A DNA stretch of 46,791 bases. It comes from an uncultured bacterium. GTDB taxonomy: Bacteria; SAR324; NAC60-12. The position numbers were made by a program, and so were the translations under genes. The stretch covers positions 3,400 through 50,190 of the forward strand of contig CBFIJD010000022.1 in NCBI GenBank assembly GCA_965662845.1. The letters run 5' to 3'. Shown here piece after piece: positions 26,067 to 35,935 of this stretch (the stretch's first letter is position 1; each line of letters starts with the position of its first letter). The notes below the pieces were generated by a model. That model was not told where the DNA came from and searched no databases. It worked only from the letters and a program-made list of their open reading frames with translations.

Positions 26067-28088
26067 ATGGACGCCGCCTCGCTTACTCATCACTTTTGCG
26101 CCTTCTTTCGAGACGGGCGCCTCGACTTCGGCTGGATTCGAGGGCTACAAAAAAATCGCCTCGCCATTCAACCGCTGCAAGGGAGAGAACAATTTCTGCC
26201 TCCCAATCGCTTGCTCTGGAGCATCAAAGCTGAAGAGAGCGACGAGCAGAGAGCGCTCACCACCTTAGGCCAATGGCTCCAACAAGCGCGCAACCAGCAA
26301 GCCGCCATCGAGCTCCCCACCATCCATTCTCTGCTGGAGCCAGAGAGCGCGCTCACCTTGGAGGAGCTCGCCGAGCTGTTTCTGGAAGAACCGCAACATC
26401 CAGCGCAACAGCTCAGCCTCTTTCTGGCGCTACAGCAGGATGAGGATTGGTTCAAACGCAACCGCAACAACACCTACACCCCCTTCAGCCCAGAGGAGCA
26501 AGAACAGCGACGCTTGCAGAGAGAACGAGAACTCGCCAAGCAACAGCGCGAAGAGGAAGTGCGGCGATGGGTAGATGAGCTGGAGCACGGCAATTGGCCG
26601 CCCCCCGCCGAACAAACCGCAGGACAACAAGCATGGGTCCAACAGCTGCGCTCTCTCTTGACGAAGGGTCGCGAGTCTCCCGATTGGAAGGAGCTGTCAG
26701 GGCTGCTCGGGCTCGGCAACGCCCACGAGCAAGCGGACGAAAGACAGCTGCGGCGCCTCTTAGCCAAAGCTGGTTCTCCCGTCAGCTGGGGTGAGCTGCA
26801 ACTCCTCAAGTCTCAAGTCACTGCGAGCTTTCCCGCCAGTGTCATGACTTGGGCCGAAGCCCTGATCCAGAAACCGCTCCCCGCACTGCCGGTTGCCCCT
26901 GTGGAGCGCCCCTCCTACACCATCGATGCGGCAAAAACAGAGGACTACGATGACGCAATCTCCGTCCAAAGTTGGACTGAGCGCAGCATCGAACTCTGCG
27001 TACACATCGCCGACTTGACCCAGTTCATTGACCCAGACGATGCGCTGTTCTCCCTCGCAGAGCAGCGTGTCTCTTCTGTATACACTGCCGAGCGCGTCTA
27101 TCCGATGTTGCCCGAAGTTCTCTCGAACGATCACTTCTCGTTGCGGGAGCAAGTTCCCCGAGCGGTGATGACCTTTGCGCTACAGCTTTTCGCAGACGGC
27201 TCGTTTGTTCTCCAAGAGATTCGGCATGAGATCTTGACCATTGATCGCAACCTCACCTACGACGAAGTCGATCAACTGGTGGAACAAGCGGACTCTTTTT
27301 GGGGAGTGTTGCATCGCTGTAGTGAAGGACTGAAACAGCAGCGCATCGCCCAAGGCGCGCTCAATATTGAACGACGCGAGTATGAACTCGACATCAGCGA
27401 CCCCGACCGCATTCGTATCGTGCCGAGAGATCGCAATAGCCCGGCGAACAGCCTCGTGCAAGAGCTTGCCGTACTCGTCAATCGCATTGCGGGCGAAGCC
27501 CTCGAAGAGCGCAACATCCCAGGCATCTTCCGCACACAACCGCCTTATGAGCTGGTGCAGGAGCTCCGCGAAGGGGAAAAACTCACCATGGATCACATCA
27601 ACATTGAAGCCGCTCGTTTGGCGGTCACTCCAAGCCCACACTCGGGGCTGGGGTGCCCTGTGTATATGCAGGTGACGTCTCCGATCCGGCGGTTCGTAGA
27701 CTTGCTATGTCAGTGGCAACTGCGTCAAGCGCTGCGCACCAACGATGCGCTGTTCACCACAGACGACCTGATGAGCTGGGCCTTTCAGATTGAACAGCGC
27801 CAGAAAGCGTATGTGCGCACCGAACGCGAGATTGAACGACATTGGAAATTGCGCTATCTCGGACAACATTTGGGTGAGACCTTCGTCGGACGCGTCCGAC
27901 GCGAGCTTCCTCAGAAAATTGAGATTGAGCTAGAAGAGATTGGCTTCACGTTTCAAATGCCCGGCTCTTTCACCAAAGGAACGCCTCTGCAGGTCGAAGT
28001 CCAGCAAGTAGATCCAGAAGGCGGGAGTCTGTTGGCCGAGCTGCAAGCCGCCCCTGCGAACCCCACCCCCTCAACAGAAGACTCATGA
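26067..28088 (+). CDS. RNase II/RNase R (RNB domain) family exoribonuclease
   Basis: YTIDAAKTEDYDDAIS catalytic aspartates; VHIAD; YPMLP; HSGLG...QVTSPIRRFVDL; S1-like C-terminus. Confidence 0.9.
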   Translation: MDAASLTHHFCAFFRDGRLDFGWIRGLQKNRLAIQPLQGREQFLPPNRLLWSIKAEESDEQRALTTLGQWLQQARNQQAAIELPTIHSLLEPESALTLEELAELFLEEPQHPAQQLSLFLALQQDEDWFKRNRNNTYTPFSPEEQEQRRLQRERELAKQQREEEVRRWVDELEHGNWPPPAEQTAGQQAWVQQLRSLLTKGRESPDWKELSGLLGLGNAHEQADERQLRRLLAKAGSPVSWGELQLLKSQVTASFPASVMTWAEALIQKPLPALPVAPVERPSYTIDAAKTEDYDDAISVQSWTERSIELCVHIADLTQFIDPDDALFSLAEQRVSSVYTAERVYPMLPEVLSNDHFSLREQVPRAVMTFALQLFADGSFVLQEIRHEILTIDRNLTYDEVDQLVEQADSFWGVLHRCSEGLKQQRIAQGALNIERREYELDISDPDRIRIVPRDRNSPANSLVQELAVLVNRIAGEALEERNIPGIFRTQPPYELVQELREGEKLTMDHINIEAARLAVTPSPHSGLGCPVYMQVTSPIRRFVDLLCQWQLRQALRTNDALFTTDDLMSWAFQIEQRQKAYVRTEREIERHWKLRYLGQHLGETFVGRVRRELPQKIEIELEEIGFTFQMPGSFTKGTPLQVEVQQVDPEGGSLLAELQAAPANPTPSTEDS

Positions 28089-28891
28089 AACCCCACGTGC
28101 CTCGCTTGTCGCGACAAAAAGGGAAACGCAAGCTCACCTGTCTCACCGGATATGACGCGTTCCATGCTCGTCTGCTGAACGCCTCCTCTGTGGACATGAT
28201 CTTGGTCGGCGATACGCTCGGCCTGATGGTGCAGGGGCATGAGAGCACCCTGCCCGTCACGTTAGATGAGATGATCTACCACACCCGCATCGTCGCTCGC
28301 TGTGCCCCAGAGAAGCTGGTGATTGCCGACATGCCCTTTGGCAGCATCCAGCGCAACGTCGCTCGCAATGTAGAGAACTGCGTGCGCGTCTTCAAAGAGA
28401 GCGGAGCCGGCGCCATCAAAATCGAGGGCGCGATGCCACAAATACAAGAGACGGTGCGGCAGCTCACCTACCTCGGCGTGCCCGTTGTGGGGCACATCGG
28501 GTTTCAACCACAGTCGGTCCATTTGAGCGGCTACAAAATTGACGGCAAAGACGATGAAAGGAGGCAACGCCTGCAAGCGGAAGCCTCACAGCTGCAAGAC
28601 GCCGGGTGCTTCGCCATCGTCTTAGAATGTGTCTTGGGTGACGTCGCGCAGCAGCTTACGGAACAACTTCAACTTCTCACCATTGGGATCGGTTCTGGGC
28701 AAAGCGTAGACGCGCAAGTGCTTGTTTTGCATGACTTACTGGGAATGACAGAAGGCCGTCTCCCTTCGTTTGTGCGTCAGTACGCCGAGTTCCGCCAACT
28801 TGGTCAAGAAGCGATTGAGCGTTGGATTCACGACGTACAGCAAGGGGCCTATCCCAACGAACAAGAGACCTATTCCAACACGAAAAAATGA
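28085..28891 (+). CDS. panB: 3-methyl-2-oxobutanoate hydroxymethyltransferase
   Basis: LTGYDA, ILVGDTLG, TLPVTLDEMIYH, ADMPFGS, IKIEG, GHIGFQPQS, TIGIGSG. Confidence 0.96.
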   Translation: MKPHVPRLSRQKGKRKLTCLTGYDAFHARLLNASSVDMILVGDTLGLMVQGHESTLPVTLDEMIYHTRIVARCAPEKLVIADMPFGSIQRNVARNVENCVRVFKESGAGAIKIEGAMPQIQETVRQLTYLGVPVVGHIGFQPQSVHLSGYKIDGKDDERRQRLQAEASQLQDAGCFAIVLECVLGDVAQQLTEQLQLLTIGIGSGQSVDAQVLVLHDLLGMTEGRLPSFVRQYAEFRQLGQEAIERWIHDVQQGAYPNEQETYSNTKK

Positions 28892-29053
28892 GCCCAGCGC
28901 AGAACCTTGCTTGCAATCTCAGCTCAAGCTAGGTACAAAGCTCGGTTTGTTTTTTCTCAGAGCATCACCCCGATGATCAACCCTTTTCCACGTTTCTTTG
29001 GCTGTCAAAGGAACGAAGCCATTTTCTAAGCCATTCACTAATTCGGAGACGTC

Positions 29054-29866
29054 ATGGCTGTCATTTCCATGAAGCAATTTCTTGAAGCGGGTGTCCACTT
29101 TGGCCACCAAACCAAACGTTGGAATCCCAACATGGCTCCTTACATTTATGGAGTCAAAAGCGGCATCCACATCATCGACTTGCGCCAGAGCCTCAAGCAG
29201 CTCAAGGCAGCATACGAGTATGCCAAAGTGGTCTCTTCAGAAGGACGAAACATCCTCTTTGTTGGCACCAAGCCTGCGATTCAGGGCATCATCAAAGAAG
29301 AAGCCGAACGCTGTGGAGCCAACTACATCAGCTACCGCTGGCTCGGCGGCATGCTCACCAACTTCAGCACCGTCAAACAGTCCATTGGACGCCTCAAAGA
29401 ATTTGAAGAACTCGCCGGCGCAGACAACTCCTACGAAGGCATTTTGAAGAAAGAAGCTCTCCGCATCCAGCGCAAGCGTGAGAAGCTAGAAGAGTCCCTC
29501 GGCGGCGTGAAAACCATGCGCGGCATCCCTGACGTCCTCTTTATCGTAGATTGTAAAAAAGAGCACCTCGCGATCCGCGAAGCCAAAAAGCTCAACATCC
29601 CCATCATTGCCGTCGCCGACACGAACAGTGATCCCAAAGAAGTCACCATCCCCATCCCAGGAAACGACGACTCCCCGAAGGCCGTGCGTTTGTTCGCTAG
29701 CGTGATCGCGACGGGCATTCTCGAAGGCCGCTCTTCACGAGCGTCGATTTCCACGGTCGACAGTGGGACGCCTGAAGCGATTCGTGCCGCGGCTCCGGCG
29801 GCCGCAGCCCCTGCTCCCGAAGCGATGGAAGAAGCCGCTGCACCAGCTGAGACATCCGCTGAATAA
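29054..29866 (+). CDS. rpsB: 30S ribosomal protein S2
   Basis: LEAGVHFGHQTKRWNP, RWLGGMLTNF, DTNSDP, IPGNDDS. Confidence 0.98.
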   Translation: MAVISMKQFLEAGVHFGHQTKRWNPNMAPYIYGVKSGIHIIDLRQSLKQLKAAYEYAKVVSSEGRNILFVGTKPAIQGIIKEEAERCGANYISYRWLGGMLTNFSTVKQSIGRLKEFEELAGADNSYEGILKKEALRIQRKREKLEESLGGVKTMRGIPDVLFIVDCKKEHLAIREAKKLNIPIIAVADTNSDPKEVTIPIPGNDDSPKAVRLFASVIATGILEGRSSRASISTVDSGTPEAIRAAAPAAAAPAPEAMEEAAAPAETSAE

Positions 29867-29893
29867 CCCTCATCCCAACTTGTAAGGAGTGAC

Positions 29894-30751
29894 ATGGCAG
29901 AAATTACAGCCGCAGCCGTCAAAGAGCTGCGCGAACTGACCGGCGTCCCAATGATGGACTGCAAAAAAGCGTTGGTCGAAAGTGATGGTGATCTTGAAGG
30001 CGCGAAGGAATATCTGCGCAAAAAAGGGCAAGCCAAAGCCGTCAAAAAGTCTTCTCGTGAGACCAACGATGGCGCGATCGGCGTCTTTGTCAGCGCTGAC
30101 AAACGCACCGCGAGCTTAGTGAAGCTTGAGTGCGAGACCGACTTTGTTGCGAAGAATGATCGTTTCCAAGAAATGATGCAGACCTTCTGCAAGCAAATCG
30201 TTCAAAATGGGGATGAAAATGTGCTGGAACAAGCCGTCCTCGAAGGCGCAGGCACGGTTCAAGACCTGCTCGCCCAAAGCGTAGCGGAGCTAGGAGAGAA
30301 CATTCAGTTTTCTGCAGCAAAGCGCTTCCAAGTCGAGCATGGCACCATTGGGCAATACGTGCACATGACCGGTAAAATTGGCGTCTTGGTGCCCTTGGAG
30401 ACCAACACCCCTTGTGAAGCAGAGGCTCTGCAAACCTTAGCGCGAGACATCGCGATGCACATCGCCGCAACGCAAGCCGAGGCGGTGCTCCCTGAGCAAG
30501 TCGATCCGTCGATTTTGGAAAAAGAGAAAGAGGTGTTCGTCGCCCAAGCCCGAGAATCTGGCAAACCAGATGAGATCATCGAAAAGATGGTGAACGGTAG
30601 AATCCAGAAGTTCTTGAAAGAAGTCTGCGTCAGCACCCAGCCCTTCGTGAAAGATCCTCAGAAGAGCGTCCAACAGCTCGTCAACGATACTGCTAAGGAG
30701 CTCGGCGTTGAAATTCGCTTTGATGCCTTTGCCAAATTCCAAGTCGGATAA
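29894..30751 (+). CDS. tsf: Elongation factor Ts
   Basis: ITAAAVKELRELTGVPMMDCKKAL, CETDFVAKN, DIAMHIAA. Confidence 0.98.
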   Translation: MAEITAAAVKELRELTGVPMMDCKKALVESDGDLEGAKEYLRKKGQAKAVKKSSRETNDGAIGVFVSADKRTASLVKLECETDFVAKNDRFQEMMQTFCKQIVQNGDENVLEQAVLEGAGTVQDLLAQSVAELGENIQFSAAKRFQVEHGTIGQYVHMTGKIGVLVPLETNTPCEAEALQTLARDIAMHIAATQAEAVLPEQVDPSILEKEKEVFVAQARESGKPDEIIEKMVNGRIQKFLKEVCVSTQPFVKDPQKSVQQLVNDTAKELGVEIRFDAFAKFQVG

Positions 30752-30760
30752 GGACACCCT

Positions 30761-31471
30761 TTGCAACCGTCGTATCAACGCATACTCCTCAAGCTGAGCG
30801 GGGAGACTCTTGGGGGTCCTCGTGGCTTCGGGTTTGATTATGAGGTCATCAACAAAATCGCCGAACACGTACAGCACGTGCACAGCCTTGGGGTTTCTGT
30901 CGGCGTGGTAGTCGGCGGGGGTAACATCTTTCGCGGGGCTCAGTCCTCCGATGGCAACATTGGGCGCGTCGCCGGCGATCACATGGGGATGATGGCGACA
31001 GTCATCAACAGCATCTGCCTACAAGAGGTGCTTGAACAGCGTGGGATCGTCACCCGCGTGATGTCAGCGATCGAGATTCGTGCGATCGCCGAGCCTTACA
31101 TCAAGCGTCGGGCAGACCGGCACTTGGAAAAGAACCGCGTCGTCATCTTCGCAGCTGGAACAGGGAACCCTTTCTTCACTACAGACACCGCCGCGGTTCT
31201 GCGCGCCTCAGAAATCAGCGCAGAGATAGTGATCAAAGCGACCAAAACCGATGGGGTTTACGACAAAGATCCCATGCTGCACGATGACGCCGTGCGCTAC
31301 GACGAGTTAAGCTATGGGGAAGTCCTCAAACGCAACCTGCGTGTGATGGACACAACCGCTATCGCTTTTTGCAAAGACAACAAGTTGCCAATTATGGTTC
31401 TCGACATCAACGCCACCGGTTCGATCGTACAGGCGGTGTGTGGAGAGCCCGTCGGCACTATGATTCGCTGA
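30761..31471 (+). CDS. pyrH: Uridylate kinase
   Basis: RILLKLSGE, VVGGGNIFRG, GDHMGMMAT, GTGNPFFTTDTAA, DGVYDKDP; TTG start. Confidence 0.97.
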   Translation: MQPSYQRILLKLSGETLGGPRGFGFDYEVINKIAEHVQHVHSLGVSVGVVVGGGNIFRGAQSSDGNIGRVAGDHMGMMATVINSICLQEVLEQRGIVTRVMSAIEIRAIAEPYIKRRADRHLEKNRVVIFAAGTGNPFFTTDTAAVLRASEISAEIVIKATKTDGVYDKDPMLHDDAVRYDELSYGEVLKRNLRVMDTTAIAFCKDNKLPIMVLDINATGSIVQAVCGEPVGTMIR

Positions 31472-31480
31472 AAGGAACCG

Positions 31481-32050
31481 ATGCAAGCCCAGACTGTTGA
31501 AGAAGTCGCGCAAACGGTGCGACACAAGATGGAGAATACGATCAGCTCGCTCAAGCAAGAATTTTCCCATCTGCACGCTGGTCGAACTACGCCAGCTCTG
31601 ATTGAAAATGAGAAAGTCAACTATTACGGCAACCCAACCCCGCTCATGCAAGTCGCGGCGATCTCCGCTCCAGAGCCGCACATGCTGATGATCAATCCTT
31701 GGGAAAAAAATATGATCAAGGAAATCGAACGCACTTTGCAAGGAGCCAATCTGGGACTGAGTTTGTCGAATGACGGCAATGTCATCCGCGCGTCACTTCC
31801 GCCGTTCACCGAAGAGCGGCGCAAAGAGCGTGTGAAACAGGCCAAGAAAATTGCCGAAGAGGCCAAAGTTGCCCTCCGCAATGTGCGGCGAGAAGGGAAC
31901 GAAACCCTCAAAAAAATGGAAAAAGACAAAGTCATCTCCCAAGACGAAGACAAGACAGGACAATCGGATGTCCAAAAGATCACGGATGAACATGTCAGCA
32001 TCGTCGACGAACTCCTCAGCGCGAAAGAGAAAGAGCTAATGACGATCTGA
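31481..32050 (+). CDS. frr: Ribosome recycling factor
   Basis: AGRTTPAL, VNYYGNPTPL, PPFTEERRKE, ALRNVRR, ISQDE. Confidence 0.97.
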   Translation: MQAQTVEEVAQTVRHKMENTISSLKQEFSHLHAGRTTPALIENEKVNYYGNPTPLMQVAAISAPEPHMLMINPWEKNMIKEIERTLQGANLGLSLSNDGNVIRASLPPFTEERRKERVKQAKKIAEEAKVALRNVRREGNETLKKMEKDKVISQDEDKTGQSDVQKITDEHVSIVDELLSAKEKELMTI

Positions 32051-32084
32051 TCCCGTCCGGAAACCCTCCCGTCAGGATTCTCTT

Positions 32085-33341
32085 TTGCTCGCAAGCCTCC
32101 TCTACTCCATTTGGCCCTACCAGATCTTTAAATCCGTACTGTTCCGTGGGGGCATGATGTTCCTCACGGCTTACCTGATCATCACATGGATCATGCCTTA
32201 TGTGATTCACCGTTTTCGACAGCACGGGGTCACCTCGGACTTTACGCCAGCCCCCGCACAAAACGGTCCCTACACAGGCGCCACACCGATCATGGGAGGA
32301 GGGGTGCTGATCGCAGGGATCTGTGCCTCGTCTTTGCTCTGGACGACCCTCAACCAGTACATCGTCGCCTTGTTGCTGATCATGCTGTCTTTTGGGCTGA
32401 TTGGAGCGCTGGATGATGTCGCCAAAGTGCTGCACAAACGGCGCATCGAGCGTGGCGAAGAGAAACGGAATAGTTACAGTGAGAAGGCCGATGGCATTAG
32501 CGGGAAAGGGCGACTCATCGCGGAGTTTGTCATCGCCGCCCTTGTCGTCTCAGGGCTCTATCTCTATGTCGATATCGACGGACATTTGGTCGTCCCGTTT
32601 GTCCCGATTGACGAGTGGTACCCATATCTGCCGAAGTATTTGTTCATTCCCTTCATGGTGCTGATCATCGTTGGGGGAGCCAACGCGGTCAACCTCACCG
32701 ACGGGATGGACACCCTCGCCACAGTCCCGATTATGACCTGCGCGATGTTCGTGGGAGCCGTAGCCTATGTTGGCGGAGACTTGGAGTTTGCGACGCGCCT
32801 GAAGATTCCGCACTTATCTCATGACATCAAAGAGTTGATGGTGCTCTCGGCGGGCATTGTGAGCGCGGGGCTGGCCTTTCTCAAATACAACGCTCCCCCC
32901 GCGCTCATTTACATGGGGGACTTGGGAGCGCTCGCGCTTGGGAGTGTCGTGTCTGCGATGTTCATCTTTGTGAAAGCCGAGTTATTCCTGCCCATTGTCG
33001 GTGGAATTTTTGTGTTCTCAGCGCTGTCGACCATCATCCAGCGCACCTTTTTCAAGCTGATGAAGCGTTGGCGGGGACGAGAGTTTGCTCAGAAATATCG
33101 CTTCTTTTTGCGCTCTCCTTATCATCATCACCTACAGCGACTGTGGACATACAGCGTAGAGGCTCCCCAAATTCACTCCGTATGGTTGATGATGCTGCAG
33201 AAGATTGGCATTCGCCCCATTCCTGAAGAAAACAAACTGCTCACCCCACAAGAGGTCAACAGCCGCGTTGTCTGGCACTTTCATTTGCGCTCAATTTGGC
33301 TGTTTGTGATCACCCTTATTCTCTACTTCAAAGTACGGTAA
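32085..33341 (+). CDS. mraY: Phospho-N-acetylmuramoyl-pentapeptide-transferase, divergent, with insertions
   Basis: TPIMGGG, IGALDD, ANAVNLTDGMDTLA, YNAPPALIYMGDLGALALG, SPYHHH; TTG start. Confidence 0.88.
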   Translation: MLASLLYSIWPYQIFKSVLFRGGMMFLTAYLIITWIMPYVIHRFRQHGVTSDFTPAPAQNGPYTGATPIMGGGVLIAGICASSLLWTTLNQYIVALLLIMLSFGLIGALDDVAKVLHKRRIERGEEKRNSYSEKADGISGKGRLIAEFVIAALVVSGLYLYVDIDGHLVVPFVPIDEWYPYLPKYLFIPFMVLIIVGGANAVNLTDGMDTLATVPIMTCAMFVGAVAYVGGDLEFATRLKIPHLSHDIKELMVLSAGIVSAGLAFLKYNAPPALIYMGDLGALALGSVVSAMFIFVKAELFLPIVGGIFVFSALSTIIQRTFFKLMKRWRGREFAQKYRFFLRSPYHHHLQRLWTYSVEAPQIHSVWLMMLQKIGIRPIPEENKLLTPQEVNSRVVWHFHLRSIWLFVITLILYFKVR

Positions 33342-33343
33342 AC

Positions 33344-34084
33344 ATGTCTGAATTTTCAGGAAAGACCGCCCTAGTCACTGGAGCTGGGCGGGGGATCGGT
33401 AAAGCCATCGCGCTCGATTTGGCCCGCAACGGCGCGAACCTTGTCCTCGTGAATCGCAACCCACAGAGCGCAGAAGAGACCCGGGCTCAAGTCGAGGCCC
33501 TCGGCGTACAGGCGTGGGCTTTGCAGGCAGACATTGCCCAGCTCACCGCAGCGGAAGCGCTCTGCTCCCAAGCTCTGGAGCTGGCCGGCTCTATCGAAAT
33601 TTTGGTGAACAACGCAGGCGTCACCCAAGACAACTTGTTCATGCGCATGAAGCCCGAGCAGTGGGAGAGCGTCATCGGCGTCAACCTCAACGGCGTCTTT
33701 TACATGACCCGCGCCCTCATCAAAGCGATGGTCAAGCAACGCTACGGACGCATTGTGAACATCGGCTCGGTCGTCGGCTCCACGGGCAACGCGGGGCAAG
33801 TGAATTACAGCACGACCAAGGCCGGGTTGATCGGCTTCTCTAAGTCACTGGCGAAAGAACTCGGCGGCCGCAACATCACCGTCAACACCGTCGCGCCAGG
33901 CTTCATCGAAACGGACATGACAGACGAGCTGAACGAGAAGCAAAAAGAGGCGATCCTACAACAGGTTCCCCTCGGTCGGATGGGGACTCCTCAAGAAGTG
34001 GCGCAAGCGGTACGCTTTTTGGTATCTGAGCAAGCGTCATACGTCACAGGGACGACTCTGCATGTGAATGGAGGGATGTACTGA
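33344..34084 (+). CDS. fabG: 3-oxoacyl-ACP reductase
   Basis: TGAGRGIG, LVNNAGVTQD, GNAGQVNYSTTKAG, VAPGFIETDMT, LHVNGGMY; next to acpP. Confidence 0.95.
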   Translation: MSEFSGKTALVTGAGRGIGKAIALDLARNGANLVLVNRNPQSAEETRAQVEALGVQAWALQADIAQLTAAEALCSQALELAGSIEILVNNAGVTQDNLFMRMKPEQWESVIGVNLNGVFYMTRALIKAMVKQRYGRIVNIGSVVGSTGNAGQVNYSTTKAGLIGFSKSLAKELGGRNITVNTVAPGFIETDMTDELNEKQKEAILQQVPLGRMGTPQEVAQAVRFLVSEQASYVTGTTLHVNGGMY

Positions 34085-34224
34085 GGCGGCAAAAAGTTTG
34101 ACATTTAATCGGAATTTAACGAAACAAACGCGCTTCAAAGCGCAGCTGTTCGTGAATTCCTGACCGGACGTTCATCGCGTCGGGTCGCTTATTTTGGTTT
34201 GTACCTGGACAAAAGGAACGTGAT

Positions 34225-34464
34225 ATGGATGAAATCGTAACGAAAGTGACCAAGATCATCAGCGAGCAACTCGGCAAAGAAGAGTCGGAAATCAAACTAG
34301 AGTCACATTTTATCGACGACCTCGACGCTGACTCTCTCGACACGGTCGAACTCGTCATGGCCCTCGAAGAAGAATTTGGGATCGACATCCCCGACGACGC
34401 CTCCGAAAAAATTACCACCGTGCAGTCCGCCGTAGATTTTATCAAGGAAGCTCAAAACGGTTGA
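34225..34464 (+). CDS. acpP: Acyl carrier protein
   Basis: [26 protein letters not shown]. Confidence 0.98.
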   Translation: MDEIVTKVTKIISEQLGKEESEIKLESHFIDDLDADSLDTVELVMALEEEFGIDIPDDASEKITTVQSAVDFIKEAQNG

Positions 34465-34493
34465 TTTTTTCACCCCCCATCACATCCCCCCTC

Positions 34494-35741
34494 ATGAACT
34501 CTCGCAAACGTATTGTGGTCACTGGTCTGGGCTGCGTAGGCCCGCTCGGAAACAGCGTACCTGTCGCTTGGGAAGCTTGTCGGCATGGACGGTCAGGTAT
34601 TGGCAGAATCACGCATTTTGATCCTTCCGACTACCGCTGCCAGATCGCTGGCGAAGTCCGTGATTTCCAAGTCCCCGACTTAGTCCCAGCGAAAGATGCC
34701 AAGAAGATGGAACCCTTCATTCGGTATGCCGTAGGCGCTTCTCATGAAGCCCTGCAGGATGCCCATCTGGAGATTACCGAAGAGCTAGAAACAGAGACAG
34801 GGGTGTCGATGGGGGTTGGCATCGGTGGCCTTGGCAACATCGAACGCAACAAATTGATCTTGGAAGAAGGTGGCTCCAAGCGCATCTCGCCTTTCTTCAT
34901 TCCCATGACTCTGGCAAACTTGGCGCCTGGTCAAGTGTCCATGACTTTCCGAGCACGGAACTACACGGCCTGTACCGTCTCTGCGTGCACCTCGTCGAAT
35001 CACGCGATTGGAACCGCCGCGCGCATCATCGAGCGTGGAGATGCCAAAATCATGTTGGCTGGTGGCAGTGAATCTGCGGTGACGCCGCTTGGCATTGGCG
35101 GATTTGCCGCGATGCGGGCGCTCAGTACACGCAACGATGACCCGCAAAGAGCCAGCCGCCCGTACGATCAAGATCGAGACGGATTTGTGATGGGGGAAGG
35201 GAGCGCGATGCTCGTGCTGGAAGAATACGAATTTGCTAAAGCACGCGACGCGCGAATCTACTGTGAAGTGGTCGGGTATGGGGTCAGCTCAGACGCCTTT
35301 CACATCACCTCTCCTTCCACCGAAGGCCCCGCTCGCGCGATGACGCTCGCTCTGCGCGATGCCAACCTGAATCCGGAAGACATCGACTATGTCAACGCCC
35401 ACGGGACCTCAACGCCAGCAGGCGACCTCAATGAGCTGCGAGCGCTCAAGATTGCTCTTGGGGAAGAGGCAGCCAAACAGGTCTCGATTAGCTCGACCAA
35501 GTCGATGACGGGGCACCTCTTGGGAGCGGCCGCAGCGATTGAAGCCGTCTTCTCTATCAAAGCCCTAGAGAACAATCTCGTGCCGCCGACCATCAACATC
35601 GAGAATCTCGACCCGGAATGCGACTTGGACGTAACGCCGAACCAAGCGAAAGAGCGAGACCTACAAATCGCCATTTCAAACGCCTTCGGTTTCGGTGGCA
35701 CGAACGCTTCTGTCATCTTCCGCAAAATCTCATCACCCTAA
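34494..35741 (+). CDS. fabF: 3-oxoacyl-ACP synthase II
   Basis: RIVVTGLG, SACTSSNHAIG (Cys), NAHGTST and MTGHLLG (His-His), NAFGFGGTN. Confidence 0.96.
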   Translation: MNSRKRIVVTGLGCVGPLGNSVPVAWEACRHGRSGIGRITHFDPSDYRCQIAGEVRDFQVPDLVPAKDAKKMEPFIRYAVGASHEALQDAHLEITEELETETGVSMGVGIGGLGNIERNKLILEEGGSKRISPFFIPMTLANLAPGQVSMTFRARNYTACTVSACTSSNHAIGTAARIIERGDAKIMLAGGSESAVTPLGIGGFAAMRALSTRNDDPQRASRPYDQDRDGFVMGEGSAMLVLEEYEFAKARDARIYCEVVGYGVSSDAFHITSPSTEGPARAMTLALRDANLNPEDIDYVNAHGTSTPAGDLNELRALKIALGEEAAKQVSISSTKSMTGHLLGAAAAIEAVFSIKALENNLVPPTINIENLDPECDLDVTPNQAKERDLQIAISNAFGFGGTNASVIFRKISSP

Positions 35742-35755
35742 CCCGAAAAACCAGC

Positions 35756-35935
35756 ATGGAAGAGTTCATTTTTCAGCTTAAGAGCAACCCCTTCGTGCGC
35801 TTCTCGGTCTTGGGAGGCTTCTTGCTCGTCTCCTATGTCGTCAGCGGCAGTCTGCTCACCACGGCCTTGGTCGCGATTGCCCTTTTGCTGGGCCGAATGA
35901 GCTATAATGACGCGGTAGACGACATCGACGTCTAA
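35756..35935 (+). CDS. Small two-TM hypothetical protein (59 aa)
   Basis: MEEFIFQLKSNPFVRFSVLGGFLLVSYVVSGSLLTTALVAIALLLG...; directly after fabF. Confidence 0.55.
   Translation: MEEFIFQLKSNPFVRFSVLGGFLLVSYVVSGSLLTTALVAIALLLGRMSYNDAVDDIDV

Noticed and set aside
28892..29053. Ribosomal protein S2 autoregulatory leader
   Set aside because: Plausible by position, but I could not identify the structure by eye.
29431..30192. Long antisense ORFs (also 24316-25068, 37616-38281, 6510-7184, 21459-22073)
   Set aside because: They lie opposite, or out of frame within, well-supported genes and show no motifs; these are typical shadows in GC-rich DNA.
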